Positions 14,101 through 26,055 of a DNA stretch of 64,000 bases are shown in pieces. Numbering within the stretch: position 1 is the stretch's first letter; every line of letters starts with the position of its first letter. Both the position numbers and the translations under genes were made by a program. The DNA comes from Squalus acanthias. Its lineage: Eukaryota. The stretch is from assembly GCA_030390025.1 (NCBI GenBank), contig CM059440.1, positions 52,514,001 through 52,578,000 on the forward strand, written 5' to 3'. The notes beneath the pieces are model-generated. The model ran no database searches, was not told the origin of the DNA, and worked only from the letters and a program-made list of their open reading frames with translations.

Positions 14101-15510
14101 TCGCCTTCCTGTCTTTTGTTTCTATCCTTGCTTCCCTTTCCTCTGTCTCCCTGCACAGGTTCCCAACCCCCTGCCATTTTTGTTTAAACCCTCCCCAACA
14201 GCACTAGCAAACACTCCCCCTAGGACATCGGTCCTGGTCCTGCCCAGGTGCAAACCGTCCAGTTTGTACTGGTCCCACCTCCCCCAGAACCGGTTCCAAT
14301 GTCCCAGGAATTTGAATCCCTCCCCCTTGCACCATTCCTCTAGCCACGTATTCATCTGAAATATCCTTCTATTTCTACTCTGACTAGTATGTGGCACTGG
14401 TAGCAATCCTGAGATTACTACCTTTGAGGTCCTATTTTTTAATTTACCTCCTAACTCCCTATATTCAGCTTTTAGGACCTCATCCCGTTTTTTAACTATA
14501 TCGTTGGTACCAATATGCACCACGACAACTGGCTGTTCACCCTCCCCCTCCAGAATGCCCTGCAGCCACCACGAGACATCCTTGACCCTTGCACCAGGGA
14601 GGCAACATACCATCCTGGAATCTCGTTTGCGGCCACAGAAACGCCTATCTATTCCCCTTACAATAGAATCCCCTATCACTATAGCTCTCCTGCTCTTTTT
14701 CCTCCCGTCCTGTGCAGCAGAACCACCCATGGTGCCAGGAAGTTGGCTGCTGCTGCCTTCCCCTGATAAGCCATCTCTCCCAACAATATCCAAAGCGGTA
14801 TATCTGTTTGAGAGGGGGATGGCCACAGGAGACCCCTGCACTACCTGCCTGCACCTACTACTCTGCCTGGCGGTCACCTATTCCCTTCCTGCCTGTACAG
14901 CCTTTACCTGCGGTGTGACCAATTAATTAAACGTGCTATCCACGACATCCTCAGCATCACAAATGCTCCAGTATGTATCCATTCACAGCTCCAGCGCCGC
15001 AATGCAGTCTGCCAGTAGCTGCAGCTGGATACACTTCCTGCACACATGGTCGCCAGGGACACAGGAAGTGTCCCTGATTTCCCACATAGTGCAGGAGGAG
15101 CATGCCATGGGGCCGAGCTGTGCTGCCATGACTTACCCTTTAATTAATCCAGATTAAATTAAATCAAATCAATACCACTAATTACACTACAATTAAATGA
15201 TATACTCAAGGGCCCTTGTATACTAGCACTCCCCGCTACACAACAGAGACCTTAGAAACTATAACCACAAAAATTAAGACCTTCTAAACTTTATAAACTA
15301 TTAACCTTAACTGTCAAACTATAGAGTAGTATAAGTACTCACCCAATCAGCTGCTTCCTCTTGCCCGTGTCACTTTTTGAATCGTGGCGTGGCTCTGGAA
15401 CGCCTCCGCCGGTCTGTGAGATTGGTAAGCCTCTGAGGAAAAAAGCCTGCGAAAGTGAGTTTAAATACTCACTGTAGTGCCGCTCTCCTGCTGCTCCTGA
15501 CACCGGCCTC
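11105..15510 (-). mobile_element. Near full-length, young CR1 LINE (5' UTR, ORF1 Zn-finger/SGNH esterase from ATG 15129, ORF2 APE-RT with few stops)
   Basis: ORF1 CSSC..CRKC, IGDSIVRG, HIGTND, DGLHL; ORF2 pieces 13226-14056, 11861-13084 and 11195-11806. Confidence 0.95.
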
Positions 15511-18500
15511 ACAGATCAATTCCAGAATCTCTGATTCATTTCTTGGAATTGATCTGAGATTTTTATGAGAAGGCAGTGAGAGCGATTCATGTGAATCAGC
15601 TGTATGAATATCCTTGGAGCTCTGTTAAAGAAAAGTGAATGTATTCAAAATGAATTAAGCATCATACTTAGTGATGCAGCACAGTTATAAATTAATACAT
15701 TGTGACCGAAAATGTTGCCACTGAGGATCCCAGTGTATTTCTTTTCCATGATTAGCTGCTGTGAGTTCTACACCATGTATTGTTAGAAATTGGGATTCAT
15801 CGAGTTACATCGAGTCTACAGCACAGAAACAGGCCATTCGGCTCAACTGCTCTATGCCGGCTTTTATGCTCCATGCGAGTCTCCTCCCACCCAGTGGATT
15901 TGAAGAATTATATTCATCACTGCGTGAGGATATGATTGTATGTTGGCCTCAGTCTGTGCTGCTTCAGGAGACAGATTTAACTGCAAAATGTATTCAGTTT
16001 CAAGGTTGAAATTCCATGAACCAAAGCTTGGAGTGGACAGTGCCAAAAACAGAGGGAAAAGCTAGAGTTTTAAAAAAAAATGGGAATATTCAACCACAAC
16101 ACACAAGAAAGTGGAACCATGACAGGAAAGTAGTAGAGTGGGCAGTGCAGGGCATTGGTTTCTTTCACACCATGACCAGTCCCCCCGCCTTGCTCCCAAC
16201 ACATGGTTCTTTCTCTCCTTCTGTTCTTTCATAAACTTTTCCCATCGGCTCTCCCTGGTCTGTAACTTCAATTGCTTAGGATCCTTTTTGTGAGAATAGG
16301 CGCTCATATCGTGATTTATTTTGAGCCACATTGTTCTCGTGTCTCCTCCCAAGTCGTCAGCTTAAGAACATAAGAAACAGGTGCAGGAGTCGGACACACA
16401 GCCCTTCGAGCCATTCAATATCACGGCCGATCTTCTACATCAACTCCACTTTCCCACCCGATCCCCATATCCCTTGGTTCCTTTAGTGTCCAGAAATCTA
16501 TACTCAACGACTGAGCATCCACAGCCCTCTGGGGTAGAGAATTCCAAAGATTCACAAAGTTCCAAATAAGTGCACCCTTTGTGTGGCTTGTATCGAAGAG
16601 GACGAGACAAGCTTGACTTTAGGTTGAACTTTTTGTTGGTTCCAGTAGTGGTTCTGGGGAACCGGTATGGAGTAACCACTTTAGTCTGGGTAGGGTTAGT
16701 AGTGCTGGCAGGTTTGCATCTTATAGGTGCATCAGAGTGCCATTTCACCCTTAAACTTATAAGGTTCTTAATTTAAAGTCAGTTCTGTGTAGTGTTACAA
16801 TGCAATCTTTTTAAAACAGTACTCTGCACTAGTGCCATTCCTAGCCCACCCACAAGGTCTGGGAGTAGCAATAGGTTCTTTTGGAGGTCATACAGTCATA
16901 ATGGCACAAGAGGCCATTTGGCCCATCGACTCCGTGCCGGCTCTCTCTAGAGCAATCCAGTCAGTCCCATGCAAGTTTATTTCCCTCAAGTGCTTATCCA
17001 GTCTCCCCTTGAAAACAGAGCATCTCCGCTTCCACCACTTCCGTCGGCAGCGAGTTCCAGGTCATCACCACTCGCTGCGTAAAAAAGATTTTCCTCACGT
17101 CTCCCCTGTATCTCTTGCCCAAATCCTTGAATCTGTGTCCCCTAGTCCTTGTACCATCAACTAGTGGAAACAGCCTTTCCCTGTCTAGCCTATCCAAACC
17201 CGTCATAATCTTGTACACCTCTATCAAATCACCCCTCAACCTTCTTTGCTCTAATGAAAACAAATCTAGCTTCTCCAACCTGTCCTTGTAACAAAGATCC
17301 CCCATCCCCGGAACCATTCTGGTAAATCTCCTCTGCACCCTCTCAAGGGCCTTCACATCCTTCCTAAAGTGTGGTGACCAGAACTGGACGCAATACTCTA
17401 GTTGTGGCCTAACCAGCACTTTATAAAGGTTCAGCATAACTTCTCTACGTTTGCACTCACTACCTCTATTTATGAAGCCCAAGATCCCATATGCTTTGCT
17501 AACCTCTCGCTCACTATGTCCTGCCACCTTCAGGGAACTGTGCACATTAATTCCCAAGTCCCTCTGTCCCTGCACACTCTTTAAAACTGTACCATTAAGT
17601 GTATATTGTCTTTCCCTGTTCCTTCTGCCAAAATGCATCACCTCACACGTCTCTGTATTAAATTCCATCTGTCACTTGTCTGCCCATTCTGCTAGCCTTT
17701 CGATGTTCTATTGCAGTCGATTGGTATTGTCCTCACTGTTTGCCAACCCCCAAGTTTGGCATCATTGGCAAATTTAGAAATTCTACTCAATATTCCATTA
17801 TCCAGGTCATTTTATATCAAAAATAGCAGTGGGCCCAGCCCTGACCCTTGGGGAACACCACTGTCCACCATCCTCCAGTCTGAAAAACAGCCATTTACCA
17901 CAACTCACTGTTTTCTGTCCTTAAGCCAATTCCTTATGCAAGCTGCCACTATCCACCTATTCCATGAGTCTCAATTTTGTTAACCAGCCTGCTATGTGGT
18001 ACTTTGTCAAACAGCTTCCTAAAATCCATGTAGACAACATCCATTGCATTCCTTTCATCAATCCTCCGTTACTTCATCAAAAAATTCAATTAGTCAAACA
18101 CGATCTGCCTTTTACAAATCCGTGTTGGCTCTCCTTAATTAGCTTAAACCGCTCCAAGTACCCGTTAATTTTTTCCTTGATTATTGTTTCTAAAACTTTA
18201 CCCACCACGGATGTTAACTAACCAGCCTGTAGTTACTAGGATTGTCCTTACACCCTTTCTCGAACAATGGTGTCACATTTGCCATTTTCCAATCCTCAGG
18301 CACCTCCCCCACATCTAGGGAAGATTGGAAAATTATGGCAAGCCCTGCTATCTCCTCCCCCAATTCCCTTAGTAACTTGGGATGCAAGCCATCCGGACCA
18401 GGCGACTTATCAACTCTAAGCATACCCAGCCTTTCTAGTACATCCTGTATCAATTTTCACCCCTTCCATTGCTTCTACCTTTTCCACTTCTACCAATATT

Positions 18501-18839
18501 TTGTTAGCATCCACATTCTTAGTAAACAGATACAAAGTACTCATTGTATTCTAGCCTTGCCCTGTGCCTCTAAGCATATATCACCTTTTGTCCCCAATAG
18601 GCCCCACCCCACCTTTTACTACCTGCTTACTGTTTACATGCCAGTAGAAGATTTTTGGGTTCCCTTTTATGTTAACTGCCATTCTACTCTCATTGCCAAT
18701 CTTAATTTCATCTTCACTTCCCCTCTCAGCTTATTCTCCCTTGAAGAATTCACCAGACATTCATCACACACCCTCTTTCTTTGTTTCATCTTCTCTATCT
18801 CCCTTGTCATCCAAGGAGCCCTTGCTTTGGTTCCCTTAC

Positions 18840-20328
18840 TGTAGGGGGTGGTGGTGGTAGGGGTCAGGCTTACCCCTGACTCAGTGAGCGGTTCAAATCG
18901 CTCCCACACCCCAGGTTCAGACCTTGGACTTATTTAGGGGTTGTGAATAAAGATGCAGTAGGCAACAGGTTCCGATGAAAGTATTTTGACTTTATTAAAA
19001 GAAAAAGGTAACAAACTTAAAACACACTTCACACTTAAACAGGTTGGGGAACACACGGTACAGGCGAGGGAGAATGACAATATACAAAAACCCTTATCCC
19101 TCCCAAAAATCCCACTTTACTAGCTAGGTTTCGGTTTCAGGGATAATGCTCACCAAAACAAATCCTTTGACAGTTGAGATATGGTTTAAAGTCCTTTTAA
19201 GTAAAAAGTTTCATGAGGCCCTTGTGCCTCGAGGTGTTTGATGGTCACTGGAACCGTTGCTCTGGTTTCTTGCGTGTCGGTCTGTTTCTGGAGCTGCTGG
19301 CCTTCTTTGTTGAACGGTCTTGTTTTCTGTTGAACTGTGTACTGGAGAACTCCTGTGCTTCAGCTGTCCTGCTTGTGGCCTGACCAGCTTGTTTTAAACT
19401 GCTAGGCTGCAAAACTGCCCGTCTCATCTCTGTGGAACTCTGGCTTGTTCCATCACAGGTCTAAAGTTATACTGTTCGATTGTTCCTTATTTGCCCGCCA
19501 AATCTTCCCAGTGCTTTGTTTAATTCTGGTGGGCTCGTTAAGGTTGTTAACTTTAATGGCAGGAGATGGCCTTTAATGATATTAAATATTTGTTAAGTGG
19601 AGGATGATTGCTGGTCTGATGGTTGTTCATTTGTGTTGCCTTTACACAAGAAACAAACACAAAAAATGGAGAGGATATGCAGCCAGCAGGTGTTCTGACG
19701 CGTTGGACCCCCTGGGACACATCTCATTGTCTTGGCTGTGCTCTTAGTGTGTCTTTGATGTAGGGAAAGATTAAATCTATGCATTTTCTCTGTGTTTTTA
19801 TATTCTGTGAATTCTGATAGATTCTCTCACAGTAACTTTGCCTGACGAAGGGGCGACAGCTCCGAAAGCTTGTAATTTTAAATAAATCTGTTGGACTATA
19901 ACCTGGTGTTGTGCGACTTCTCATCTTTGTATAAATGCTAAGCAGTTTGATGGGGCTGGAGACAGGTCGGCCACCTGTAATATACAACATTGTCTCTGTG
20001 GAGGCCAGCCCCGCCTCCTTTGGCAGCCTGTACTGAGGTCTGCCCAGGCATGTTTAAAAATGTCCCTGGTCCACTACACTCAATTGGTTTTAAAATGTCC
20101 AAAGCCCCTTTTTCTTAGGGTCTCTCTCTTTTCCTCCGAGTCTTTTGGGGGTCTGGGAATTTGGCAACTCTCTTACAGACCCAGGCATGTCACCTGGCCT
20201 GCTGTTTCTGCAGGGTCTTGGTTTCTGTTCAATGTCACAGGCTTCTGCCACGAGGTCTAGAAGCCACTTTGTCTAGGGTACCCCTTATTAATAACTCTGG
20301 GGAATGTGGGCATTTTGAGAACCCTACA
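18840..20328 (-). mobile_element. Solo LTR (~1.5 kb, containing a Penelope end at ~19780-19925)
   Basis: Termini TGTAGGG...CCCTACA; exact 4-bp TSD TTAC (18836-18839 and 20329-20332); minus-strand AATAAA near 18991. Confidence 0.8.
19838..19875 (+). ncRNA. Minimal type I hammerhead ribozyme in a Penelope-like 3' end
   Basis: TTGC-CTGACGA-A-GGGGC gaca GCTCC-GAAA-GCTT-GTAA: catalytic core, stem II, palindromic stem III, 4-bp stem I. Confidence 0.75.
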
Positions 20329-20918
20329 TTACCCTTACCTCTTGGAGTGTACCAAGCCTGTACTTGGAACATCCTCTCCTTAAAGATCACCCATTTTTCC
20401 ATTACAGTTCTTCCCATCAGTCTTTGGTTCCATTTTACCCTGGCTAGATCCTTTCGCATCCTATTGAAGTTAACCCTGGCTATGTCAGCTGTATCATCTG
20501 ATGGTACAGCTGACATAGCCAGTATATAACAGCCATACTAAGAAGGCCCCAGGTTCAATTCCTAATTGGAGTAAGGTGCTATAATTCCCTTAGTGCCCCA
20601 GACGGACAGGGGGAAAAAAAAAAAAAAAATCAGCCTCTGATGCGGTTTCTGGCTACCAGTGTTTACTGTGTGTGGAACACTGATCCTCAAAACACCTTCA
20701 GACAATTGCCAGGAAATTCTTTGAGGTTTATCCCCACATTGCCACCTTAACTTCAGCAGCAGCTTAGTTTACATTAGGGAAAACAGGGTTTCCCAAGTTA
20801 TGGCAGCAGAGTGGGAGAAGGCCTGAAGAAAAAACTAGAGTACAGGGTGCTAAAATAACTAAAGCAATTCTTGGAGGCAATGAGAAGAGAAAAGAAAAAA
20901 GAGAATTTAAAAAAAAGC

Positions 20919-20924
20919 TTTATT
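20919..20924 (-). terminator. Putative polyadenylation signal of the B7-family gene
   Basis: AATAAA about 300 nt after the stop codon, followed by a U-rich tract. Confidence 0.6.
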
Positions 20925-21217
20925 GCATTAAGCTGTCCTGATCCAGCAGAAGATGACCACTCCTGATCCAGCAGAAGATGGACAAAAAACACTATTGTAT
21001 TAAATAAATAAGTTTGGAAGTTACAAATGAGAAAAGGGACCAATCAGATGGCACTTCTTATTCTGTGTGTTGATATTTAGTAGTGAGGGTTAAGGAGACG
21101 TGTCCACATTTGCACAAGGCTGCGAATAGCATTAACCCACTATGTTGCGACAGTAAATATCGGTTTTCATGGCTGAAGGGGCAGCATCCAATCACATGCA
21201 TTTTCTTGAATGATCCA

Positions 21218-21375
21218 TCACGTAATGCCGTGTTCATTTTGTTTCTCTCCATTAGCCAGTGAAGCACGTTTCTTGCACACGGCTATGACTAGAATTACAA
21301 TTATAAATTCAACAAAAAGGAGAGTGGCTGCAAGTATCCAGTGATTTCTTGTAAGAACGTGATCAGTTTTCATTT
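21218..21375 (-). CDS. B7-family (CD276-like) gene, last coding exon: stalk, TM and short cytoplasmic tail
   Basis: Acceptor TTTTTTTTTTCACAG, phase 1; (E)MKTDHVLTRNHWILAATLLFVEFIIVILVIAVCKKRASLANGEKQNEHGIT*; too short for the ORF track. Confidence 0.85.
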
Positions 21376-21624
21376 CTGTGAAAAAAAAAATTATTGATCA
21401 TTACAGCAGTGGTTTCAGTGCTGGTTTGTTCTTCTATGCCAACAGTTTAAAATACAAGCACCATAAAAGCACAACCGCATTTAAGAATGTAATTGTATGG
21501 TGAAAGTATTTTTAAACATTGGATAACACCATAGTAGCCTAAACCAGAAACAGTGCATTGATATAGCGCCTTTAATGTAGAAAAACATCCCAAGGTGCTT
21601 CACAGTAGCGTAATCAGCCAAAAA

Positions 21625-22060
21625 AAAAAACACATTTATACAGCGCCTTTCACAACCCCAAAGCACTTTACAGCCAATGAAGTACTTTAAGTGGTCACTG
21701 TTGTGATGCAGGAAACACAGCAGCCAATTTGCACACAGCAAGCTCCACAAACAGTAATTAGATAATGACCAGATAATGTGTGTTTTTTTTTAAAAAGTGA
21801 TGTTGGTTGAAGGATAATAATGATCAGGACACCGGGGAGAACTCCCCTGCTCTTCGTAATAGTGCCATGGGATCTTTACATCCACCTGAGAGAGCAGACA
21901 GTGCCTCGGTTTAATGTCTCATCTGAAAGATGGCACCTCCGACAGAGCAGCACTCCCTCAGTACTGTGTTGGAGTGTCAGCCTAGATTTTTGTGCTCAAG
22001 TCTCTGGAGTTAGGCTTTAACCCACAACCTCCTATTACTGATGCATGGCTGACACCCAAG
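21625..22060 (-). mobile_element. SacSINE1/Deu-domain-type SINE
   Basis: tRNA-like head, Deu-like core (GATGAGACATTAAACCGAGG...GATCCCATGGCACTA) and L2-like tail, in reverse orientation. Confidence 0.75.
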
Positions 22061-22500
22061 AGAGATATTAGAAGGGGTGACTAAAAGCTTGGTCAAAGAG
22101 GTGGATTTTAAGGAATGTTTTGAGGGGTGGGGGGGGGGGGGAGGGAAATTAAAAAAAGTTTAGGGAGGGAATTCTGGAGCACAAGCTATAGATGGCTGCC
22201 AGTGGCAGGGCGATGGCAGTAGGGAATTCACAAGATGCCAGAGTTGGAGCAATGCAGAGGTCTCAGAGGGTTGTAGGGCGAGAGAAGGGTAGAGATTAGG
22301 AGGGACGAGGCCATGAAGGGACTTAACCACAAGGATAAGAATTTTAAATTTGAGGCGTTGGTAACCAGGAGCTAATGTAGGCCAGCGAGCACAGGGAGAG
22401 GGTTAGCAGATCGTAGTGCAGGATAGGAGAAGGGCAACAGGGTTTTGGATGAGCTGAAGTTTACATAGCGTGGAGGGTACAATACAGCATGGAGAGAACT
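22060..22500 (-). mobile_element. L2 LINE 3' fragment
   Basis: Similar to the 3' ends of the L2 copies starting at 39040 and 40860. Confidence 0.65.
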
Positions 22501-22916
22501 TCTTATATCCTCTCCAAGGAGCGAGGGAGACATTAAGGAGAGTCTTCCCAAATATGGGAGCAGAATCCAAGTCACAAAAGGACTCGAGCTATAGAGAGTT
22601 AAAGGTATTTGGTGAGAAGTGTTGGGCACAAACGAGGAAACAGCTTTTGAGCAGCCGAGCAATGCAGCAGCTCCATTTGTGGTCTTGGGAGATAGTGAGG
22701 CCAAGAACATTGATAAGTCAAGAAGTGTCGGCCCATGAAAGTTAAAAAGGTGCAGCGGTTTATACTTGTGGAACCAGAGACTGGAACAGAAGTTTCTGAA
22801 GAACTGAAAGAAGATTTCCTTTACTTCAAATGGCATGGAGATCAAGATGTCGTGATTCAGCATTGTATCGCAAGACAACTGGAGGTTATGAGTACTGAGT
22901 GTAGGACACAACTTAC

Positions 22917-23201
22917 CTACAGAAAGACCAAATGTTCGAGAAACTGATTGGTTTAGAACATCATTTCTTAATATGAATGTGTAGTTCGCACTCCTATTGG
23001 TGTCATTGATTTGCAGAATACTCTGCAGGGAGTATAGACCATCTCCACTTTGTTGGTACGAAGTCTCAGACAGTATGGAAATATCTTCATTTTCTTCATT
23101 GTACCAGGAAACAGTAGCCTCAGGGTAACCTTGGGACTCGAATCTGAACAATGTCCCAGATGGTGTTAACTGGATAAAAAAGTCAGGTTCCTTGTAGTAT
23201 G
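22917..23201 (-). CDS. B7-family (CD276-like) gene, IgC exon
   Basis: Acceptor TTTTTTAATCTACAG, donor G|GTAAGT; 285 nt, phase 1-1; AYYKEP..SQGYPEATVSW..DGLYSLQSILQ..NYTFILRNDVLNQ resembles the B7-H3 IgC pattern. Confidence 0.9.
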
Positions 23202-23784
23202 CTGTAGATTAAAAAAAGTCATTAGAAACAAGAAATAAACTTGATAAAAATAATGCCAACTAGGAATTTTGTTCCAGTTAATAACTAATTGAATAATGCA
23301 ATAAAAGCTTTAAATGATCAAAAACAACAAATCAAAGTACAAACAGAATAGTAGATATTGCTGTTTGTGATCAATTTAGAGATATTCAAATCATTGTACC
23401 AAGTGATCAAGTTGAAGGTGAAAATCCCACAATATCCTGCTGGCAGCTGTTCAGCCAAAATCATACGTAACCCTTGATGGTAAATATCAGTGGGCTTTTC
23501 ACCTGCGAGGCCATCACAGTTCAGCCCGATCCTGGAGCCGTCCACAGGCAGGGCTTGCTGAATAGCAAATGGGAGTGCCAACCCTAACCGAGGTGTGTCG
23601 ATTGCACCAATAGCACTGCTCCAGCAGAGAGGAGCTAAACCAGCAGAGTCTGGGCATCAAACCTGGTCTGTACGGCTCAGGCACTCAATGGCGAGACTCA
23701 CTGAGCCATCAGGGGAGGCCAAGAAGCATGACTTTAATTTGAAGCACTGACAGAACAAAAATTAAAACTGAAAGCAGCATGTAC

Positions 23785-24138
23785 CTGCAAATATTAGAGA
23801 CACAATGCCCTGGCCAATTCCTTTTGCATTACTGACTAAGCACAGGTACTGTCCAGCATCCTCTGGTCTCACTCTGTCTAGCTTCACTGAAATGTTCCCT
23901 TGTTTTAACTCCTCTGGGAATAAGCTTGTCCTCCCCAAATACCGAGGGCTTTGGCGACTCAGTTGCTCTTTTCCAGAATAATATTTATAAACAACTTCCT
24001 CCGTCTCGACACGGTGCCAATTGATGACCAGCAGATCCAGTGACGATTCACCCCGAGCTGTAAAGCTGCAACTCAGCACCGTGTACTGGCCGTAGACAGC
24101 AGTCACTGGTGCTTCTGGGGTGTGGACTTGAAACTGAG
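23785..24138 (-). CDS. B7-family (CD276-like) gene, IgV exon
   Basis: Acceptor TTTTAATTCACAG, donor CAG|GTACAT; 354 nt, phase 1-1; VLSCSF, INW, RYLGRTSLFPEELKQGNISVKL, EDAGQYLC. Confidence 0.93.
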
Positions 24139-24262
24139 CTGTGAATTAAAACAAATAGATTAGTAACAGCATTGTTCCAAGAGATTTAATCTTGAACACA
24201 GGAAAGCACTAAAAAGCAATTATCCCCGCTTCTGCATTTTCTCTCTTCCCTGAAGAGTTGAT

Positions 24263-25024
24263 GGGCCAGAACTTCGTCTCTTGTCGGGTGAGTATGCGCT
24301 GTGTACTCACCCGTAAGGCCACCTGAAGTGCCGGTTTCCTGCATGCACTGCGCATGCGCGGGAAACCGGAACTTCTGTTCCCCTGAAGGAAGGGGTTCAG
24401 AAGTCGAACGTGTGCGCGGTAGAGGCTGCGCACACGCAGCGAAATTCGCTTTTTTTTCAGGTTTCTCTGAGGGTAAGCATGGAGAAGCTGCACTTTTAAA
24501 AAGGAGGCGCAAGGCCTGTTTTTAACAAGGTAAGTGGTTAATTAATTACAATTTAAACATTTTTTCAACAGGTTTATCTTTTTTACATACTTTAAAGAAA
24601 GGTAAGTTTATTTTTAGCACCGTTAAAAAGTATAATTAATTTTTTCAAAAATTAAAATTTTTGTTTGAAGTAGTTAATTTATGTAACCTATAGTTATTTT
24701 AAAAATGCGACGTTTTTTTAAAAATTTATTTGAAGTTTAAGTGTGGTTTTGGGGCCGATTTCTATTCATAGATTTGACAGGTCTTCCTGTCAAATCTATG
24801 AATGAAAATGCCCTGCTCCGATTGGCTCTCCATGGCCCACGTGATCCCAGGGGACGCTTCGAACTAACTGCGCCCCTGGGATACGCAAGCACTGCGCGCC
24901 GGCAGCTGCAGGAGGCCCAGGAGCCAAAGTCCTCGTGGGCCCGAAGCACAACAGCAGGCGCGGTAGGCAAGTACGCGCGCGATCCTTGCACCCTCAGGAA
25001 GCCGGAGAGCCGAATTTCTGGCTC
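24263..25024. mobile_element. Harbinger-like MITE in the intron upstream of the IgV exon
   Basis: Imperfect TIR GGGCCAGAACTTCG / CGAATTTCTGGCTC; TSD GAT; related to 34292-35031. Confidence 0.75.
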
Positions 25025-25669
25025 GATATTTCCTGCGTTGCTATTTCCTGTGATCTATTGAAATAGAAGAAGTTTGGTTCCCTCACCTCACCAAATGGAC
25101 ATAAAAAAAGTAACTGCAGCATCATGATCAGTAAACACCACAAAATAGATGGGGCTATTTCTTTGAAATATTCTTTTCAGCTCCATGAACAATGTTTACT
25201 TGGGAAGTATCCATCTTAGAATCATAGAAAGTTACAGCATGGAAGGAGGCCATTTCGACCCATCGTGTCCGTGCCGGCCAACAAAGAGCTATCCAGCCGA
25301 ATCCCACTTCCCAGCCCTGCAGGTTAGAGCATCCCAAGTGCACATCCAAGTACTTTTTAAACGTGGTTAGGGTTCCTGCCTCTACCACCCTTTCAGGCAG
25401 TGAGTTCCAGACCCCCACAACCCTCTGGGTGAAGAAATTTCCCCTCTAAACCTTCCACCAATTACTTTAAATCTGTGCCCCCTGGTTTTTGACCCCTCTG
25501 CTAAGGGAAATAGGTCTTTTCTATCCACTTTATCTGTGCCCCATATAATTTTATACACCTCAATAAGTTCTCCCTTCAGCCTCCTCTGTTCCAAGGAAAA
25601 CAGACCCAGCCTATCGAGTCTTTCCTCATGGCTAAGATTCTCTACTCCCGGCAACATCCTTGTAAATCT

Positions 25670-25913
25670 GGATAGCAAAATACTGCGGATGCTGGAAATC
25701 CGAAATAACAGAAAACACTGGAAAAACTCAGCAGGCCAGGCAGCATCCGTGGAGAAAGAAACAGAGTTAACGTTTCAGGTCGAAGACCTTTCGTCAGAAC
25801 TGGAAAAAAGCAGGAAATGAAATGGATTTTAAAGCAAGTTTAGGGCTGGGAAAAGGGGGAGGGGATGAAAGAACAAAAGGGAAGGTCAGTGATAGGATAG
25901 AAAGCAGGAGAGA
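25670..25913 (-). mobile_element. Penelope-like 3' terminal fragment with hammerhead ribozyme (25765-25801)
   Basis: 10-bp TSD TTGTAAATCT; CTGACGA-A-AGGTC ttc GACCT-GAAA-CGTT core; same family as 50191-50700. Confidence 0.8.
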
Positions 25914-26055
25914 TTGTAAATCTCCTCTGTACCTTCTCTAGTACAATCACATCCTTCCTGTAATGTGCTGACCAGAACTGCAGGCAGTACTCTAGCGGAG
26001 GTCTAACTAGTGTTTTATACAGTTGAAGCATAACCCCCCTGCTCTTGTATTCTAT

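Larger units (their letters stand above)
16890..20475 (-). mobile_element. Degenerate CR1 LINE split by a solo LTR (16890-18839 and 20329-20475)
   Basis: ORFs 16994-17668 and 18214-18453 with CR1 RT motifs; sequence continues across the LTR. Confidence 0.85.

Noticed and set aside
22372-23151. 259-aa ORF as a single-exon protein
   Set aside because: Only 22917-23201 is exon; past the GTAAGT donor it reads into intron and L2-derived sequence
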